A stretch of DNA of 64,000 nt from Adineta vaga (lineage: Eukaryota > Animalia > Rotifera): positions 14,446,001-14,510,000 of the forward strand of contig CP075492.1 in NCBI GenBank assembly GCA_021613535.1. The letters are read 5' to 3'. This document shows, piece after piece, positions 24,654 through 39,135 of this stretch. Every line of letters begins with the position of its first letter. The first letter of the stretch is position 1. The notes under the pieces are model-generated. The model was not told where the DNA came from. It did not search any database and saw nothing but the letters and a program-made list of their open reading frames with translations. The position numbers and the translations under genes were made by a program.

Positions 24654-27080
24654 GTTTCGGATGAATGAATGTATATATGTTAATATCTCAATATAAATAC
24701 GAAAAAGTAAAGGTATATAATATGTTTTTTTTTCGTTCTAACGAGCATGTGCTTTTTTTCTAATTAACCATATCAATGAAGGTTAATAAAGTAAAAAAAT
24801 GGCTTGAGAGAGAGTGAAAGAAATATTCCGAAGAAAGCATATACTATATACTAACTCTATAATAGTCAAGGATACATTTCTTATATGTACTTTTTATTAA
24901 TCAAATCCTTCGAATGCATCTCGCAATGCAGCACATACAAAATGTGCGTAGATTATTACTGTAATTATGTGATTTTAAAGTTTACAGAAATAAGATGACT
25001 CCATTCTCATTCCAATGTCAATTCTCACGTTTTGATTGATATCTTTACGATATAGCCAAATAAAATATTTGAATCGATCTATAACTATGATATACAACCA
25101 CTAAAACATGTCCTCGGTGCAGAAATCAAACTATATCTGACTGTTTTCAAAACTCAACTCAAAGATGAGCCTACTCATGATGAATCAGCATCGATCGATT
25201 TGTATACAATAAAATGATTCATTAGCGTGTAACTGTTCTTAAAGTAATAGGATCATAAAAACAAGCTGATAGTATTCATATCATTCATTTACCTGTTATT
25301 GAAATGTGACTCTACAATCCGATCAATATTGAAATTCATTACCCGAAGAAACGATCCGATCGTTAGAAACATGCAGTATAAATCATATATGTATTACAGG
25401 ATGACCCCCCCCCCCCGCCGTTTTTTTCTTTCTTTTCCATTTATAGTATTCGATCCTTTGACTCTGTCATATGCTTACTCGTTAGAGATATATAAAAAAA
25501 GTTTTGATGTTTCTACTTTATCACCCTTATAATGTAACAATAAGAAAGATGAAGAAAAACAATTGTTTTAAAATTATTTCGATTTAGTTAGTGATATTTA
25601 ATACATTTTATTTTCATTACTGAGAATATAAGAAACTTTTTCTTCTATTTCTTCTTCTTCTTCTGTATCCACACTAATAGACAAAAACAGCAAAAAAAGA
25701 TACTCATCAACTGAAGAAAGTTTATTTTCTTGATAAACAAGAAAAGAAACAAGTATGTTTCATTATCTATATTCTCATCTTTCGTTCTACATACAATCTG
25801 AAGTGGAGTTTAAAATGTACTCAACAAACAATTGGTTTCGTGATTCAAAATGAATGATAATCAGAATAACCATGAGAATTGAATCGTACAAAAAAAGACT
25901 ATTGAATGTTATCAACGACATTCGATTCTTTTACTGTTATTCATCAATCAATAGTTCATGTGTAGATTAATTGCAAATCTATTTACTGAAAACATATTCA
26001 ATACAATTTCATCAACGGACATTATAACCATGAATAAACCATAGAAAGAAAGAAAACATTCAGCTTCTTAGAACTATATTCCTTAGGAATGGATTGAGAG
26101 TGTGTTTCATCTAAATGTAAATTTAAGTATCCACACGAATGAGAAGAGGATATTTTGAGTGAAATCGAAATGAAGATACATATGAAATGAATTTACATGT
26201 ATATATGATTATAAGTATTCTATATTCTTTGTTAACTTCCTCAGGCTCATCTTGCATAACAATCGTACTTAGACCATAATCCGATACTGTTGAGAATAAG
26301 TCTATTATGAGAACTTTGTCTTTACATGATGAGTTCCTCATGTAATTAAATCTTTTACTGCCTTCCTTCTCAGTTCGTATGTATTATCATCATTTCGATA
26401 TCTTATATCAAATACATCGAGACAAAAGGAAAGATTTCTAAGATGATAATAGAGAAGAGAAGAGAAGAGATGAAGAAAAAACAAAACATCAGGTGTTTTC
26501 GACTTGAATGAGAGAGCGAGAGAGAAAGAAAGGAGTGTAAGAGTAACAGAAATGGCACAGATAAACAACATTACAAAGCTAATTTCATTGAGATATAAAT
26601 GAAATTGACGTCACGATAACGAAAATGATGGATCACATGAGAAAAGCGTTAGAGTTGAAAGATCTTCGAATTGTTGTCTTTTGATAAGGGAAGAGCCAAT
26701 ATGTAAAAGTAGCACAGAACAATGTCGTATATAAACAGTTGATGAAAGTAGAATTATAATCATCATCATCAGATAGGAGAGATGGTAAGTCATATTTGTT
26801 TCATTTCAAAACCACTTCCTTACCCTTCACTCTCACATCATTTAGATTGGAGAAAAAACTCATACACCATCATTTTTGTCGATATGGAAAAGATGCTGGC
26901 GAAGATATGGTGAAAGCATTGGAGGAAAGTTTAAAATAAGTTTATCATCATGAATAGTTGTAAGAATGAATGAATATGTCGACTTGGATTCATACATCCT
27001 CGATGTTCTCGAATTTATTGTATAGTTTATAAGTAACTAACTATAGACATGTTTAGTTTGTAGATAACTCTTGATTTTAG

Positions 27081-28346
27081 ATGAAACCGAGCAAAATAAA
27101 TCGAGTTGATGAGATGAATGTAGATGAACTTGAATTGGAAAATATGGTTATCGGTGAACATCGGCAACAGCAACATGAAAAAGCAATTTCGAAATCCGTG
27201 AAAATTATTCAGTAACTATTTTATCCGCACATCCATATACACATGAAAGCTATATATTATGATTTTTGAATTCGTTTCAGATCGTGGCGATCGAACGCTT
27301 TGTGTGCAACGAAAATGAAATTAGTTTACACAGTTTTGGCACTACTCGCCATTGCTAGTGTTTCGATAGTACTCCTGATGTCTCATCGTACGTCAAAGAT
27401 GAATGACAATCCCATTTTCGAAACAGAACAAGGTGAGATAGATTCTATCAATTAAAACCTTCTTTGTTAAATGAAAAGGATTCCACAGATACAACAAGAA
27501 TTGCAAATGATCGAGATGATAGCAACTTATATCAGGAAACATCACAACAACTAAATGAAGTTCATGAGGATGAACAGATGCCACAATTACGATCATATGA
27601 CAGATATGAGGTGAGTTCTATTTTATTTACTTTAGATGATATTTATTTATATGCTGGAAATAAAGATCTCGATCATACGAACGTCTTGGTCACACGCATG
27701 TTTATGTTCGAGAAGGTAAACAAAAGTCATCTCAACGTCTTCGTTTTCCTGTTGCTCATTATACAAGACGTCATAATCGTATGTTTCATTCGATTTCGTA
27801 GTCAATCATCCTAACAACATCTTCTCGTTCTAGCATTCAAGAGTTCTTTGATGCATTTCATGCCTTGGATACCCATCTTTGCTGATCGTCGTACAAAACA
27901 AACGATCATTTTCTCACAAACAGGCGGTGGTCGGTTGTTTATTTCCCTCAAAAATCTTCTTTGCAAATCATCTCTTTGATTGTAGTTTATATTCTTCCTC
28001 CATTGATCAACATGTATGGAAAAATGTATTCAGTAGCTGAATTGATTGCATCCGGCTATGCAAGTTTAGTTAGTAGTGGTGTTCCACCCACTTCAAACAT
28101 AGATATGTTTCGCTTTTTCCATCCACAACCATGTGAGAGTTCAGACATTTTTTTATTGATTCTGAATATTGATAATTTGTTTTCTATTGAGTAGTGTTTG
28201 GCCCAAGTATTCCAATTGTGAATCCACATACAGGCATCTTTCGTGGTGGAATTCATGGCAAATTTGGATCATTTCCTCTTTCCACAAGCAATTCTAAATA
28301 TTATTCAGAAGATTATTCGCCCGAAAGAGAAGAGGACAACTATGAC

Positions 28347-28377
<31 letters not shown>

Positions 28378-31300
28378 GTGATGATAATTACAACGACGAT
28401 CGATATCGTAAAAATCTATACGAAAATAACAAACGACCACACTTGAGAACCAAATATCCAAGTAATGTACATGTTCTAGAATGTTTTTAATCGAAAAGAG
28501 ATGATTATAGAGAAAGGGGAATATTTCTTGTTGAGCACTTCAAGAATATATAGTTGACAATATGTAACAGATATTGAATAATCCAAAAGTGACATTTGAT
28601 TTGGATTTATGATTTCGTTAGTAGAGAGATAAAAGTGATATTTCATAAAACATCAGACTTCATAAAGAAGCAATGGATGAAAAATGTAGATATATCTGTT
28701 GTGGAACTTATATTTATTCATCGTAACATAATTTCCTTCCATCTTTATTTAATAATAATTTCAATATTCTCATATTATCTATTGTCTTATTTTTCTGAGA
28801 AGACGAAGAAGTAAGATTGGACAATTTTGAGGGAGTTTCGTTTCTATTTGAATGGAGTCACACATTTTCATGATGATTTATTTTGATATAGGAACAACTA
28901 CTGCAACAACAAGATCAACTAAAATAACCAAATCAACAAAAAAACCTACACCAACTACACCAACTACATCAAATGCGGAGTTTCTAACGAAGTGTGAACC
29001 AGATGTGGTACCTCGTAAGTTCACTTGCTTTTTCTTTCAAATTACATCTACTTTCGCAACAACCTTTATTGTCGTATTTATCACATTTAACTTGAATACT
29101 TACAAAAAATGTCCCAAAATTTATGTCATATTTTTCTAATGTCTATTGATGTTGATTAATTAACCGATTAACGGATATCAACATATAGCGATATACAAAT
29201 GAGGCAACCATAAGATAAGAAAACCTATAGTAATTAATGACGAGATAGTTAATGAAATTGAATTTGTTATATGATGTGTAATCCGATATGATCTTGGTAT
29301 TTTCATCTGCTGAAGTCCAATGATAGTGGGTTCAAGATTTTACATTTGAGTTTCACAAAATAACTAAACTATTATATGTCGATATTCAAACTACTATATT
29401 ATTATTTGCTGTTGTATTTTGTAGGCACCTTTAAAAGAAATCGAAAGATTCAATCACGAGAAGAAAAGAAAAAGCGATTAAAGACCAAACTAAAAGAAAT
29501 ATGTAGCAAACAGATAATGGGTAGTCGCCAACGACTCAAAAATGCCGTGATGGTTGAATTTGCAAGTGATAGTAAAGACAAAGATTATGCTAAGAAGGTC
29601 CTGGAAACTCTAACAAAGAATGATCGAACTCGTAGTTTATCGGTTAAAATACGGCAAAAATTTAATTCCGAAGCTATACATGGTGTATCTATTTCTGTCA
29701 ATGATGAAAGCACACTGGAAACTCTTGCAGATCTCGATGAAGTTGTTGAATTTCATCCGATCACAATTGTTCCTGCACCAAAACCTATGAAATATTTCAC
29801 AGCAAGTGATAAATTAAAAGATGGTAATTTACAACCTATTCTTCCTCACGCTATATCCGGTGTTTCAAAGCTGCATGAACAATTTCAAAACTATGGTAAA
29901 GGTGTTCGGGTAAGAAGAATCGAAAAGCTGATATTTTGTTCGTTTTTGATCATCTTTATGAGAAGAACGATACGTTCTTACTAATTCTATAAAAAGTTTT
30001 TATTTCTTTATTTCGTGTTCAAAAGTATATTTTCTCATTTACTATTAACGTAAGTATATGTTATAGATTATTATCAATCGATTGAGTGATCATGAGAGTT
30101 TTCTTGTCAAAGTTGCTCAAAAAGTGACTACTATACCTGCTCCTATTGTTGAGTCATAACATAAGCGACAAAAATTATTTGTTTTTTTTTCTTCGCAGAT
30201 AGCAGTTGTTGACAGTGGAATTGATTATAATCATCCAACATTGGGAGGGTGCTTTCGAACAGAAGGATGCAAAATTGAAGATGGTTACGGTACATAACTT
30301 CAGGAAAGATCTCGACATGATGAAAAAATAAAAATAAATACTTTTTAGATTTTGTTGGTGATAGTTACGGTGCAGCTGATCCAATACCAAAACCTGACAA
30401 TGATCCGTATGATGGTTGTCCTGATGGTGGTCATGGTATTGATAGTCTTTTATAATTTACTAATTTGTTTCACTTCTGTTACAGGTACACATGTGGCTGG
30501 AATTATTGCTGGAAATAGTTCTGGAACTAAGGATTCATTTTATACTCCTGTGACACCATTCTTAGGTGTTGCTCCTCAAGCAACCCTTCTTATTTGTAAG
30601 TTTCTTTAATCGTTTCATATTCATTCGTTATTTCCATTATATTTCATTTTGATGTTGTAAAGATCGTGTAGGTGGATGTCCTGGTGAAATTGGATCAGGT
30701 CAGTTTAACTATTCATATCTTCTAACTAATTTATTTGTTCATACTATGTTTATCTTTTCAATCATACAGATGTATTTGCGCAAGCGATCTTGACTGCTTA
30801 TGAAGCCAAGGCTGATATAAGTGAGTATATTTTATTGGTGACGTATTTTCTGATCACGACAGATTCCATTGCAAAATGTTAGGAATAGATTTTTACTAAG
30901 AGATGTCAAGAAAGAAGTTTGGAACGCTGCCAGAATAATTAAATTATAGTATGGAGTAAGAATGGAATACGAATAAAGTAAGAGCATAATGTATACTTAG
31001 AAGTTTCGTCCTTCATTCAGCTTGATAGTACTATTCGATGATTATTCACCTTTACAGTTTCAGTTGACGAACGTTGTCAAATATAAATGAGGTGCATCTA
31101 TTGTCAAAATGTGAGCCCTATATGTTCTAAACACTTTAATATGATCTCTTGTGAAATCCAAAAGTCTCTCCCTTATTATTAAAAAGTTACATTAACACTT
31201 TGAAAATATTAACACAACATTATTATATATACAGTAACAACGTCTATCGGATCTAGCAGCCCTTATCCAACTGATATATTTGCAATAGCTGTTGATTATG

Positions 31301-34300
31301 TTACCAGCAAAGGAGGTAATGATCGAATTCTCTTGTGAAGCTGGCCACGAATACCTTTGTCATAGTTTATACGACTGTTTGCGCCGGCAATGAAGGCGAA
31401 TATGGAATCCAAACCATAGTTACTCCAAGTATAGCAACAGCAGCGATAAGTGTTGCCTCCGTAGATAATACTCACACAGTTAAGTTTATCCTCATTGCTC
31501 CTAATGGAAGAAAAATACCATATCTTGCTGGACATGCCTTCAGCAATGAACAATCAACTTTTCAATCAAAAATTGTTGTCAATGGTAGGCTTGACCTTCA
31601 GCGAATATACTTGATCAATGTTCATCTCTCATGTTAAGATCCAGATCGAGGAGTTAGTGATGGATGCAATGGACCAAAAATATCAGTCGCTGGTGTTGTT
31701 GTCTTGTTTGCAAATAATCCTAACGACATGTGTACTATTTCTGAACGATGTATGAAAGCAGCAGAGGCAGGAGCAATTGGCTGTCTTATTGATGATCCTT
31801 CTCTCACAGGAGGTATTTTTCCTCTTTCTTGTCTCATTACTTCTTTATCTTGATAAAACTCATTCTAGCATTCATAACTGTACCAAACGGAATCATCAGT
31901 TTAGAAGATGCTCAATTTATTACAAAAACAGTGTCAAAAAATCCAGATGGTATCTATCAGTTTACGAATTCATTCGAAATGATTTCAATGGTAAGATGTC
32001 GCAATAAATAGTGCTGAGAAATAAGAAAGTTCTTTCTCAATATGTTCATCTAAGGAGATTGATCACTTTGAAGAAAATATCTTCGTTCTTTTTCAAACAA
32101 ACAGATTGTATGTCTCATCGCCGAAACAAATGTCATAGAATCATCTGTTTCAACAATTTTTCCTTTGACCATCTCGTTTTTCGACAAGGTTTGTTCTGAC
32201 GATGAGCATATTAACTGTATCTTCTTATTCCTATTTACAAGTAGCAACGAAATACAAGTTTTCATTTGTTTTCTTTTCGTTTCCAACAGTCACATGTGAT
32301 ATTTATAGTTTTCTTCATTTGTGACAAATTGAAAATATCACATATGAATCTATTTTAAGGCAACAAGCGTAAAACCATCCATATTCACATCAATAGGACC
32401 AAGGATCGATTTAGAGTTCAAACCAGATATAGGTGCGGTAGGTGGATTCGTTTATTCGACTGTAACTACCAATGTTGCCAAATATCTGGGATTACCTTCT
32501 GCATATGCTGTGTGGTCTGGTACAAGTATGTCAACTCCTTATATGGCTGGGTAAGTTTTCATTTATATAATATAAATAGATGAATATCAATATAGTTTTA
32601 TGCAGAGGATTTTACAATGTTGGAAGACATTTATATTATAACTCTATTGTCTACAATATTGTAGAACTACCTGTATATTTTTAAAAAAAACTTCAGAAAA
32701 CCCACCTTTTCTATTTGTATTCATTTATTATGAGGATTCGATTACTTCTCCATTCTTTATGAACAGGTTAGACTTAGAAAAGTTGATTATCTATTGTCGT
32801 AAAAGTAAAACAGTTTCCACAGTTATGTTTTGAATTTCAAGTCATCCTCTGATTAGAAATTTATAGTATAATGATTTAGTTTTCCTAGAACGTATCAAGA
32901 ATAGTGATTTTTTTTATATTTGATTGATTCGTCCAAATAATGTGATAAAGGCATTATTGTCGAAACGACTTGTGTAGACGATAACTGAGTTTCTGTTGAT
33001 ATTTCTTCTTTTTAAAGCGTTTTGGCACTTTTCCTTTCGCACATTGGTAATCCTGCTCCAAGTACTGTTGATGGGGTTTCAAGTGATGGAAAATGTCGTC
33101 CTAAACCATCTGTTGCTCGAGATCTCTTTCAATCGACTTCGAAAATATTGAAAGATGATGATTCTTCGCTTGTTGAGCCGCCCCTTCGACAAGGTGCTGG
33201 ATTTGTAGATGCTTATTATGCTATTACTACAAAAGCTTTCTTTTCGCCGGCTAAACTAAGTCTTAATGATACAGTCAACAAAAAAGAGTCATACACTGTT
33301 CGACTGTTCAATATTGGTCAACAACCAGCTAGATACAAACTCAGTCATCAAGGAGCTCCAATGACTACTGGAATGGAACCGAACAACGATTTACTACTAC
33401 GAAATCCAGTATATACTGAAGATTATGCTGTAAGTATCCGATTACGGTACTTGTTTTTATACATTGCAATTTTAAATAAGTAAAAAATATCGGACATTTA
33501 CGTAAACAGATTATTCTGTCGCTGTGAAGTTCCTATCCGAGAATATTAGTAATATTTGGAACGTAGAAATTCTTTCATCAAAATGAGTCTTATATTGAAG
33601 GATGTTAAAATGATACCAAATCGAGTCGAAATTCAACCTGGTGAATCACAAGAAATAACACTTCGATTCAAACCACCTAAAAATGCAAAGTCAGATCTTC
33701 TTCCATACTATTCTGGCTTTATTCATGCTAAAAATGAAGATAATGGAGAAGTGGTTCATTTGTCATGTATACGCTTCGATTTTCTTTTTATATTGTTATG
33801 CGTAATTATTATGCTTTAGATATTGGCGTTGTTGGCGATTACGAAAAAGCACGAATGATTGTTCGACAAACTCCATCGGGTATTGTAACAGGACTTAAAG
33901 ACCACCATGGAAACTACATATCTGATAACGGAATAACAACTGTCAATTGTACACAAGGAGCACTAATCATACTTGTTTTTGCATATGGTCCACGTGTTTT
34001 TGCTACAGAATTGGTGCCTGCTGATAAACCCATTGAGCCTGGCTATCACATCAGGTAATATCTGATTTAACAGATCATAAACTTTTGTTAAAAAGCACTG
34101 TTTCACGAACGAATCGAGACATGGAAATCTTCCAGACATGAATAGTATAACAACTTCAAAAACCTTTTCGGTGCTATTCTCTTGGGACTAAAATGTAGAA
34201 ATTGCATAGTTCATTTGTCATTTACTTCCTGGAAAGGAAGCGGATATAGGTTTATGTATAAAATTGAGGAGTCTAAGAATGTTGAGGTTTAGAGAATAAC

Positions 34301-35109
34301 GTTCGCACTATGCTTTGAAAAAGAGAATACAAATGTGTTTCTGTACAGTATAATGTGAACAATAATATAATACTTGCAAATAGTTTCATATTATTAAGAA
34401 AGAAAGAATAGGGAGAAGAATTTCAAATATACATAGAATCAATGCTGATATGGAATGACGAACGACTTATATATACCTCTACTGACATGAACTTTCGATA
34501 CATAGAACAATGACTTATCATATGGTAGTATTCATAGTTAGTCTTCATTCTTTTGACGCATTTACAAGCATAAATTCAAATTTTCATCCACATCTCGACT
34601 CTCAGTTAGCATCAAACAACTTAAATGAAGTTAACCGCATTCTTAGATCAATTCGAAGTATTTAGAGTTATGTATAAATGATTCGTATATTGTAATGTAA
34701 TGTTCAATGAAAGATGAATTTCTTCTTCAAGAAAGTATATATTTGTTCTACTATTTTCTGTAGAAAGTCTATTACTTATTTTAATTATTTCAAGAAAAAA
34801 ATTCGTCGTTTTACTGATTCTTTTAGTGGTCAAGTACCATCAACAACGTACATCTCCCTAGCTGCTGAAAATGTTCCCAGAAATATGGACGTACCGTTCA
34901 ATTCATATGTATCATCATCATATGATTTTCCGTGGGATGGACAAGTTCTACAGATAGATGCGACTGAGAATGGCGTCAGTCAAAGCGTGGTTCAGATTCC
35001 ACCAGGGCAATATCGAATGTTGTTCGAAGTTGCTAAGAATTTCGGTCGTGCGACAGAGATTGATGATTTTGAACTTTATGCCACACCAGTATTCGATTTA
35101 GTTTACTAA
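27081..35109 (+). CDS. Large multi-exon subtilisin-like serine protease (S8A, Vpr/Pr1C-like with PA and Fn3-like domains) with N-terminal hydrophobic anchor and low-complexity stalk
   Basis: Catalytic Asp IAVVDSGIDYNHPTLGGCF (exon from 30199), His GH|GTHVAGIIAG (~30430-30515), oxyanion CAGNEG, Ser WSGTSMSTPYMAG (~32513-32550), RQGAGFVDA, SPAKLSLNDT. Upstream exons (TM ~27321-27380, poly-Asp, Thr-rich) chain by GT-AG into the prodomain exon at ~29425; one junction near 27610-27670 is unresolved. Confidence 0.85.
28344..28376 (+). repeat. Coding GAC(GAT)10 repeat encoding a poly-Asp tract
   Basis: Encodes 11 consecutive Asp in the putative protease stalk exon. Confidence 0.85.
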
Positions 35110-35658
35110 TCTATCAAAAATATTTTGATTCCTTTTTTGAATTCTTTTGCTGTAATATTTTGATCAAATTATTTTTAGTAGAAAATGATTAGAACTTTTT
35201 TCATTCCATTTTCAATAAATTATTAATTTCTACTTTTTTCAATGTGAAACTATACAACATTTTTCGCAAAATGCTTCGATCTTTTTTTTATACCAGAATG
35301 AGTTCATTGTTCAGATCGTACTATATTTGATAAGACGCATGCAACAATGAACCACGTTGAGAGTATGGGTGTGGAGTATGAATGATGTGAAGTATAATGA
35401 AACTCACATTCACCTTGTTTTTTTGATTATCTGATATCTTTAGTATGAATATAATGTTACGAAAACATTACTGTTGATAATTATATCACATAGAATTTAC
35501 ATTTGTTTTATATTTCAAGACAAACTTTCAGTGCGAAAACAATAAAGTTGACTCTTTGATATCTTATCATAGGCAAAAGAAAAAGAGTTATTTATTAGTG
35601 AAAAAAAAGTATACCCTGTTTTCTTCACGTCGATATGTGTTGATAAAAAGTGCAAGAT

Positions 35659-37376
35659 ATGATCATCACAATAATATTACTGAGTATTCTTTTCAGCCTA
35701 ATTATCTATTATTATTGGGTAATAAAAACGAGTTATGAATATTTTAAACAACAAAATATTCCTGGTCCTAAACCGAACTTCTTCTTTGGTCATTATTTAA
35801 ATATATGGAGTACACCTTCATTTGCTCGACAAATTCCTCAATGGACTAAACAATATGGTTCTCTCTATGGAATATTTCAAGGCACACGTCCAATCTATGT
35901 TTCATCCGATGTGGATTTCTTAGAAGAAGTTTATATAAAACAATTCTCTATCTTTCAATCACGTCCAAAGAATATTCTTACTGAACTATTGAAACGAAAT
36001 GCTGCAAGTTTATTTTCTGCCGATGCTAATCAATGGCGACGTCAACGACATGTAATTAATCCAACATTTACAACAGCAAAATTAAAAATGATGACACCAC
36101 TTATTCATAAATGTGTTCTATCAATGATGAATAAACTCAATGATAATTTTCATCAAGAATTTAATATCTTTACATTATATAAACGATTAACTATGGATGT
36201 TATTTGTAAGTATTATGATAAATCTTAAGTCTATATGACAGTATATATTTATTCTTAGGGCATTGTGCATTCGGTATTGATACTGATTTACAAAATGATA
36301 TTGATAATTCATACATGAAAAAATCATTGGCTCTTTTTTCTCGTGATCCAGAAAAGATGTTTCTCGTTCGAATATCGAATCTAATGCCATTTTTTGTTCC
36401 TCTATTAATTCAATTCATGAAATATTCAATAAAATTAATCAATTTATTCAAAATGTTAATACCTTCTCTGATGACTAATCTGGAAGGTCCACCTCAATTA
36501 TGGATTATTAAACAAATTGATACTCTTGTTCAACAAAGATTACATTCAGACAATAAACGAATTGATTTACTTCAATTAATGTTAGATGCATCCTCAGATG
36601 AAATAGTTCAGGTATAAATAACATTTTGTTTTTAAGAAAATAGAAAAAGGAAAAGGTTTCTTCATAGGATAATGATAATCATGAATTAATGTCAAAAAAA
36701 CTTCAGTACAAAGAAGTATTAATGAATGCTAGCTTATTTTTAAATGCAGGTTTTGAAACGACATCACTCAATCTGGCTTACTCAACATATGAATTAGCTA
36801 AACATGAAGATATACAAAAGAAACTTCAATTAGAAATTGATCAATATTGGAAAGATGAAGATTCGATTGATTATGATGTGATTAATCAACTGAAATATTT
36901 AGATATATTCATACGAGAAGTTCTTCGATCTTATTCAACGACACATCGTGTTTTTGGTCGACAATGTTCTCAAACAACAACTATAGCTAGTCATCATGTT
37001 GAAAAAGGTTTGTATTTATTTCAATCGAATTGAAATTAGAGAAATAGTCTTTAATCGAGTAGATTCAATCATTCAAGCAGATACATATACTATCCATCAT
37101 AGTATTGATTTATGGGGACCTGAAGATCCAAATGAATTTGTTCCCGAACGTCATTTAATAAAACGACATCCATTAGCTTATATGCCATTTGGTGCTGGGC
37201 CACGAAATTGTATTGGAATGAGATTTGCATTGATGGAATTGAAAATAGCTCTGGTTTATATTTTGCATGAATATAATATTTTACCTGGAGCTAAACTGGA
37301 ACAAGGAATGAAACGACAAGAAACTGTCACTCTATCACCCGAAGCAATTTTTATACGAATTCAAAAACGAACATAG
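35659..37376 (+). CDS. Cytochrome P450 (clan-3-like), 4 exons
   Basis: N-terminal anchor, PGPKP hinge, WRRQR, AGFETT, EVLR (ExxR), PERH, PFGAGPRNCIG heme motif. Introns at ~36206-36258, ~36612-36667 and ~37008-37062. Confidence 0.93.
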
Positions 37377-37631
37377 TTTTTTTCATTTCAAATTTCGTCA
37401 AAAATATAACGTTGTCGAGAAAATTGTTTTTTTTCATTACTAAAAATAAAACAATTCAAAATCGATTTAGATCTCAAGATTTGTTATAGATGAGCAAGAT
37501 ATTAATTTATTGCTTTATACATTTCTGCAGTATGGTATTATCTAACAATTGAGCAAAGACAAAAATATGTAGTGAAATCAAATTTATATGAGAAAGAAAA
37601 GGAATATTATCTATTGAATGTCCACAGGAAG

Positions 37632-39135
37632 TTAAAATCTTTGATTTGAAGTTGTTTCAGTATGCTTCATTGACAAAGGTTCAGTCTTCGATTTATCGGA
37701 CACGGTAACGGTAAACGTTGTTTTTCGAATCTGGCAGCCTACGACTACAATAGAGACGATGGTAATTATCAAGGATAGTGCAGCTAAAATACTGAATAAA
37801 GGTCCATATTTAATTACAGCTACCAACGGAATTGCAACAATAATTCCCACACCAGCAAGTACAAAACTAAGTGCAGTAATAAGCGCAAGAATGGCACCAG
37901 CCATTGATGGTTTCTCGATGTTAACGAAAGCGGCTACACTTGCAAATAGAAATGTTTCGCCAAAACAAAACAATGATGCACCCATAATTGGTACCGCTAA
38001 ATGAACACTAAAATGAAAAGTCCAACCACATAGTAGCAATCCGATAGGACATAGAAGAGAACCTAATAAACTAAAAATTAGACGACCTTCTGCTGCATGT
38101 GGGAAACGCTTAGTCGACCAGTCGGAAACCAAACCACCAAATACACTGCCTAGTAATGAAAATATACAAGTTGGTATATAGCAGAGACCAATATAAAATG
38201 GAGAGAGTGAGTAAGGTTTTTGAGCCGTTCGATTGGATAGAAGAGTAAGTGAAATGAAGAGTGTAGCAAAATCAATAGCGCACGCAAATACATGTGATGA
38301 TATTGTTATATCAAATAAAAATACGAATGGACGCCATGGTGGCATAAAGTAAGGTTTTTCGATAGAGTCAATTTCATGAAGTCTTTTCGTATCCAATTTC
38401 TTCTTGCTACCACCAATCTTGAACAAGGGAACGTGACGAGCGATGTGTTATAAAATAATGATGAGTTTCTGGAACAAATATAAGAATGATAATTGTCGAG
38501 ATAACAGCCATGATAATTAATGCAGCAAATGTGCTTCGCCATCCGAATGAATTTGCTAGAATACCACCAATGAATGGACTAAGAATAGGTCCTACCAGTA
38601 GTGGAACAAGAAAAAGACCCATAGCTAAACCAAGTTTTTCCGATGGATACATATCAACGACAATACTTTGTCCAACAACCAAGGATGCGGATATTGCTCC
38701 ACCTTGTAATGAACGAAATATTAGTAGAACAACAATTGTACGTGAAAGTGCACATACGATAGTAAAGGCAGTGAATACAGCAAAAGATATAAGAAGTATA
38801 ATCTTTCGACCAAATCGATCACTCAAAGGATCCCAAAGAAGACTACATACGCCCGCAGTTATTAGATATGATGAAATAGTATAATCGACTAATGTCGTGC
38901 TAGTCTTCAAGTCATGTTCTAATTGAGCTAATGCCGGTAAGTAGACTGTATCACAAAATGGAAGTATAAGACCAGAAAAAGCTAACATAATCAAAATGAG
39001 AAGACGACGTCGATTCGTACGAATATCATAAATACTAATAAAGGAATTATCATCAATCACCATGGATATTTCCGATGTTTTTGATAACACTGTTGGATTT
39101 AAAGCAAGCGAATCATTCATTATAATATTTTTCAT
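37632..39135 (-). CDS. MFS drug:H+ antiporter (DHA1-like), intronless, frameshift in the central loop at ~38420
   Basis: DTVYLPAL, PLSDRFGRK (motif A), FRSLQG, GPILSPFIGG, FGWRSTF, VPETH. The second half is in the 37632-38426 ORF (GGLVSDW, AEGRL). Confidence 0.88.

Noticed and set aside
24700-27050. Short ORFs, a poly-C tract (~25405) and a GA-rich stretch as a possible transposon remnant or gene
   Set aside because: No terminal repeats, target-site duplication or recognisable transposase/RT motif; the ORFs are low-complexity.
28243-28446. Poly-Met ORF
   Set aside because: It is an alternative-frame reading of the (GAT)n poly-Asp repeat.
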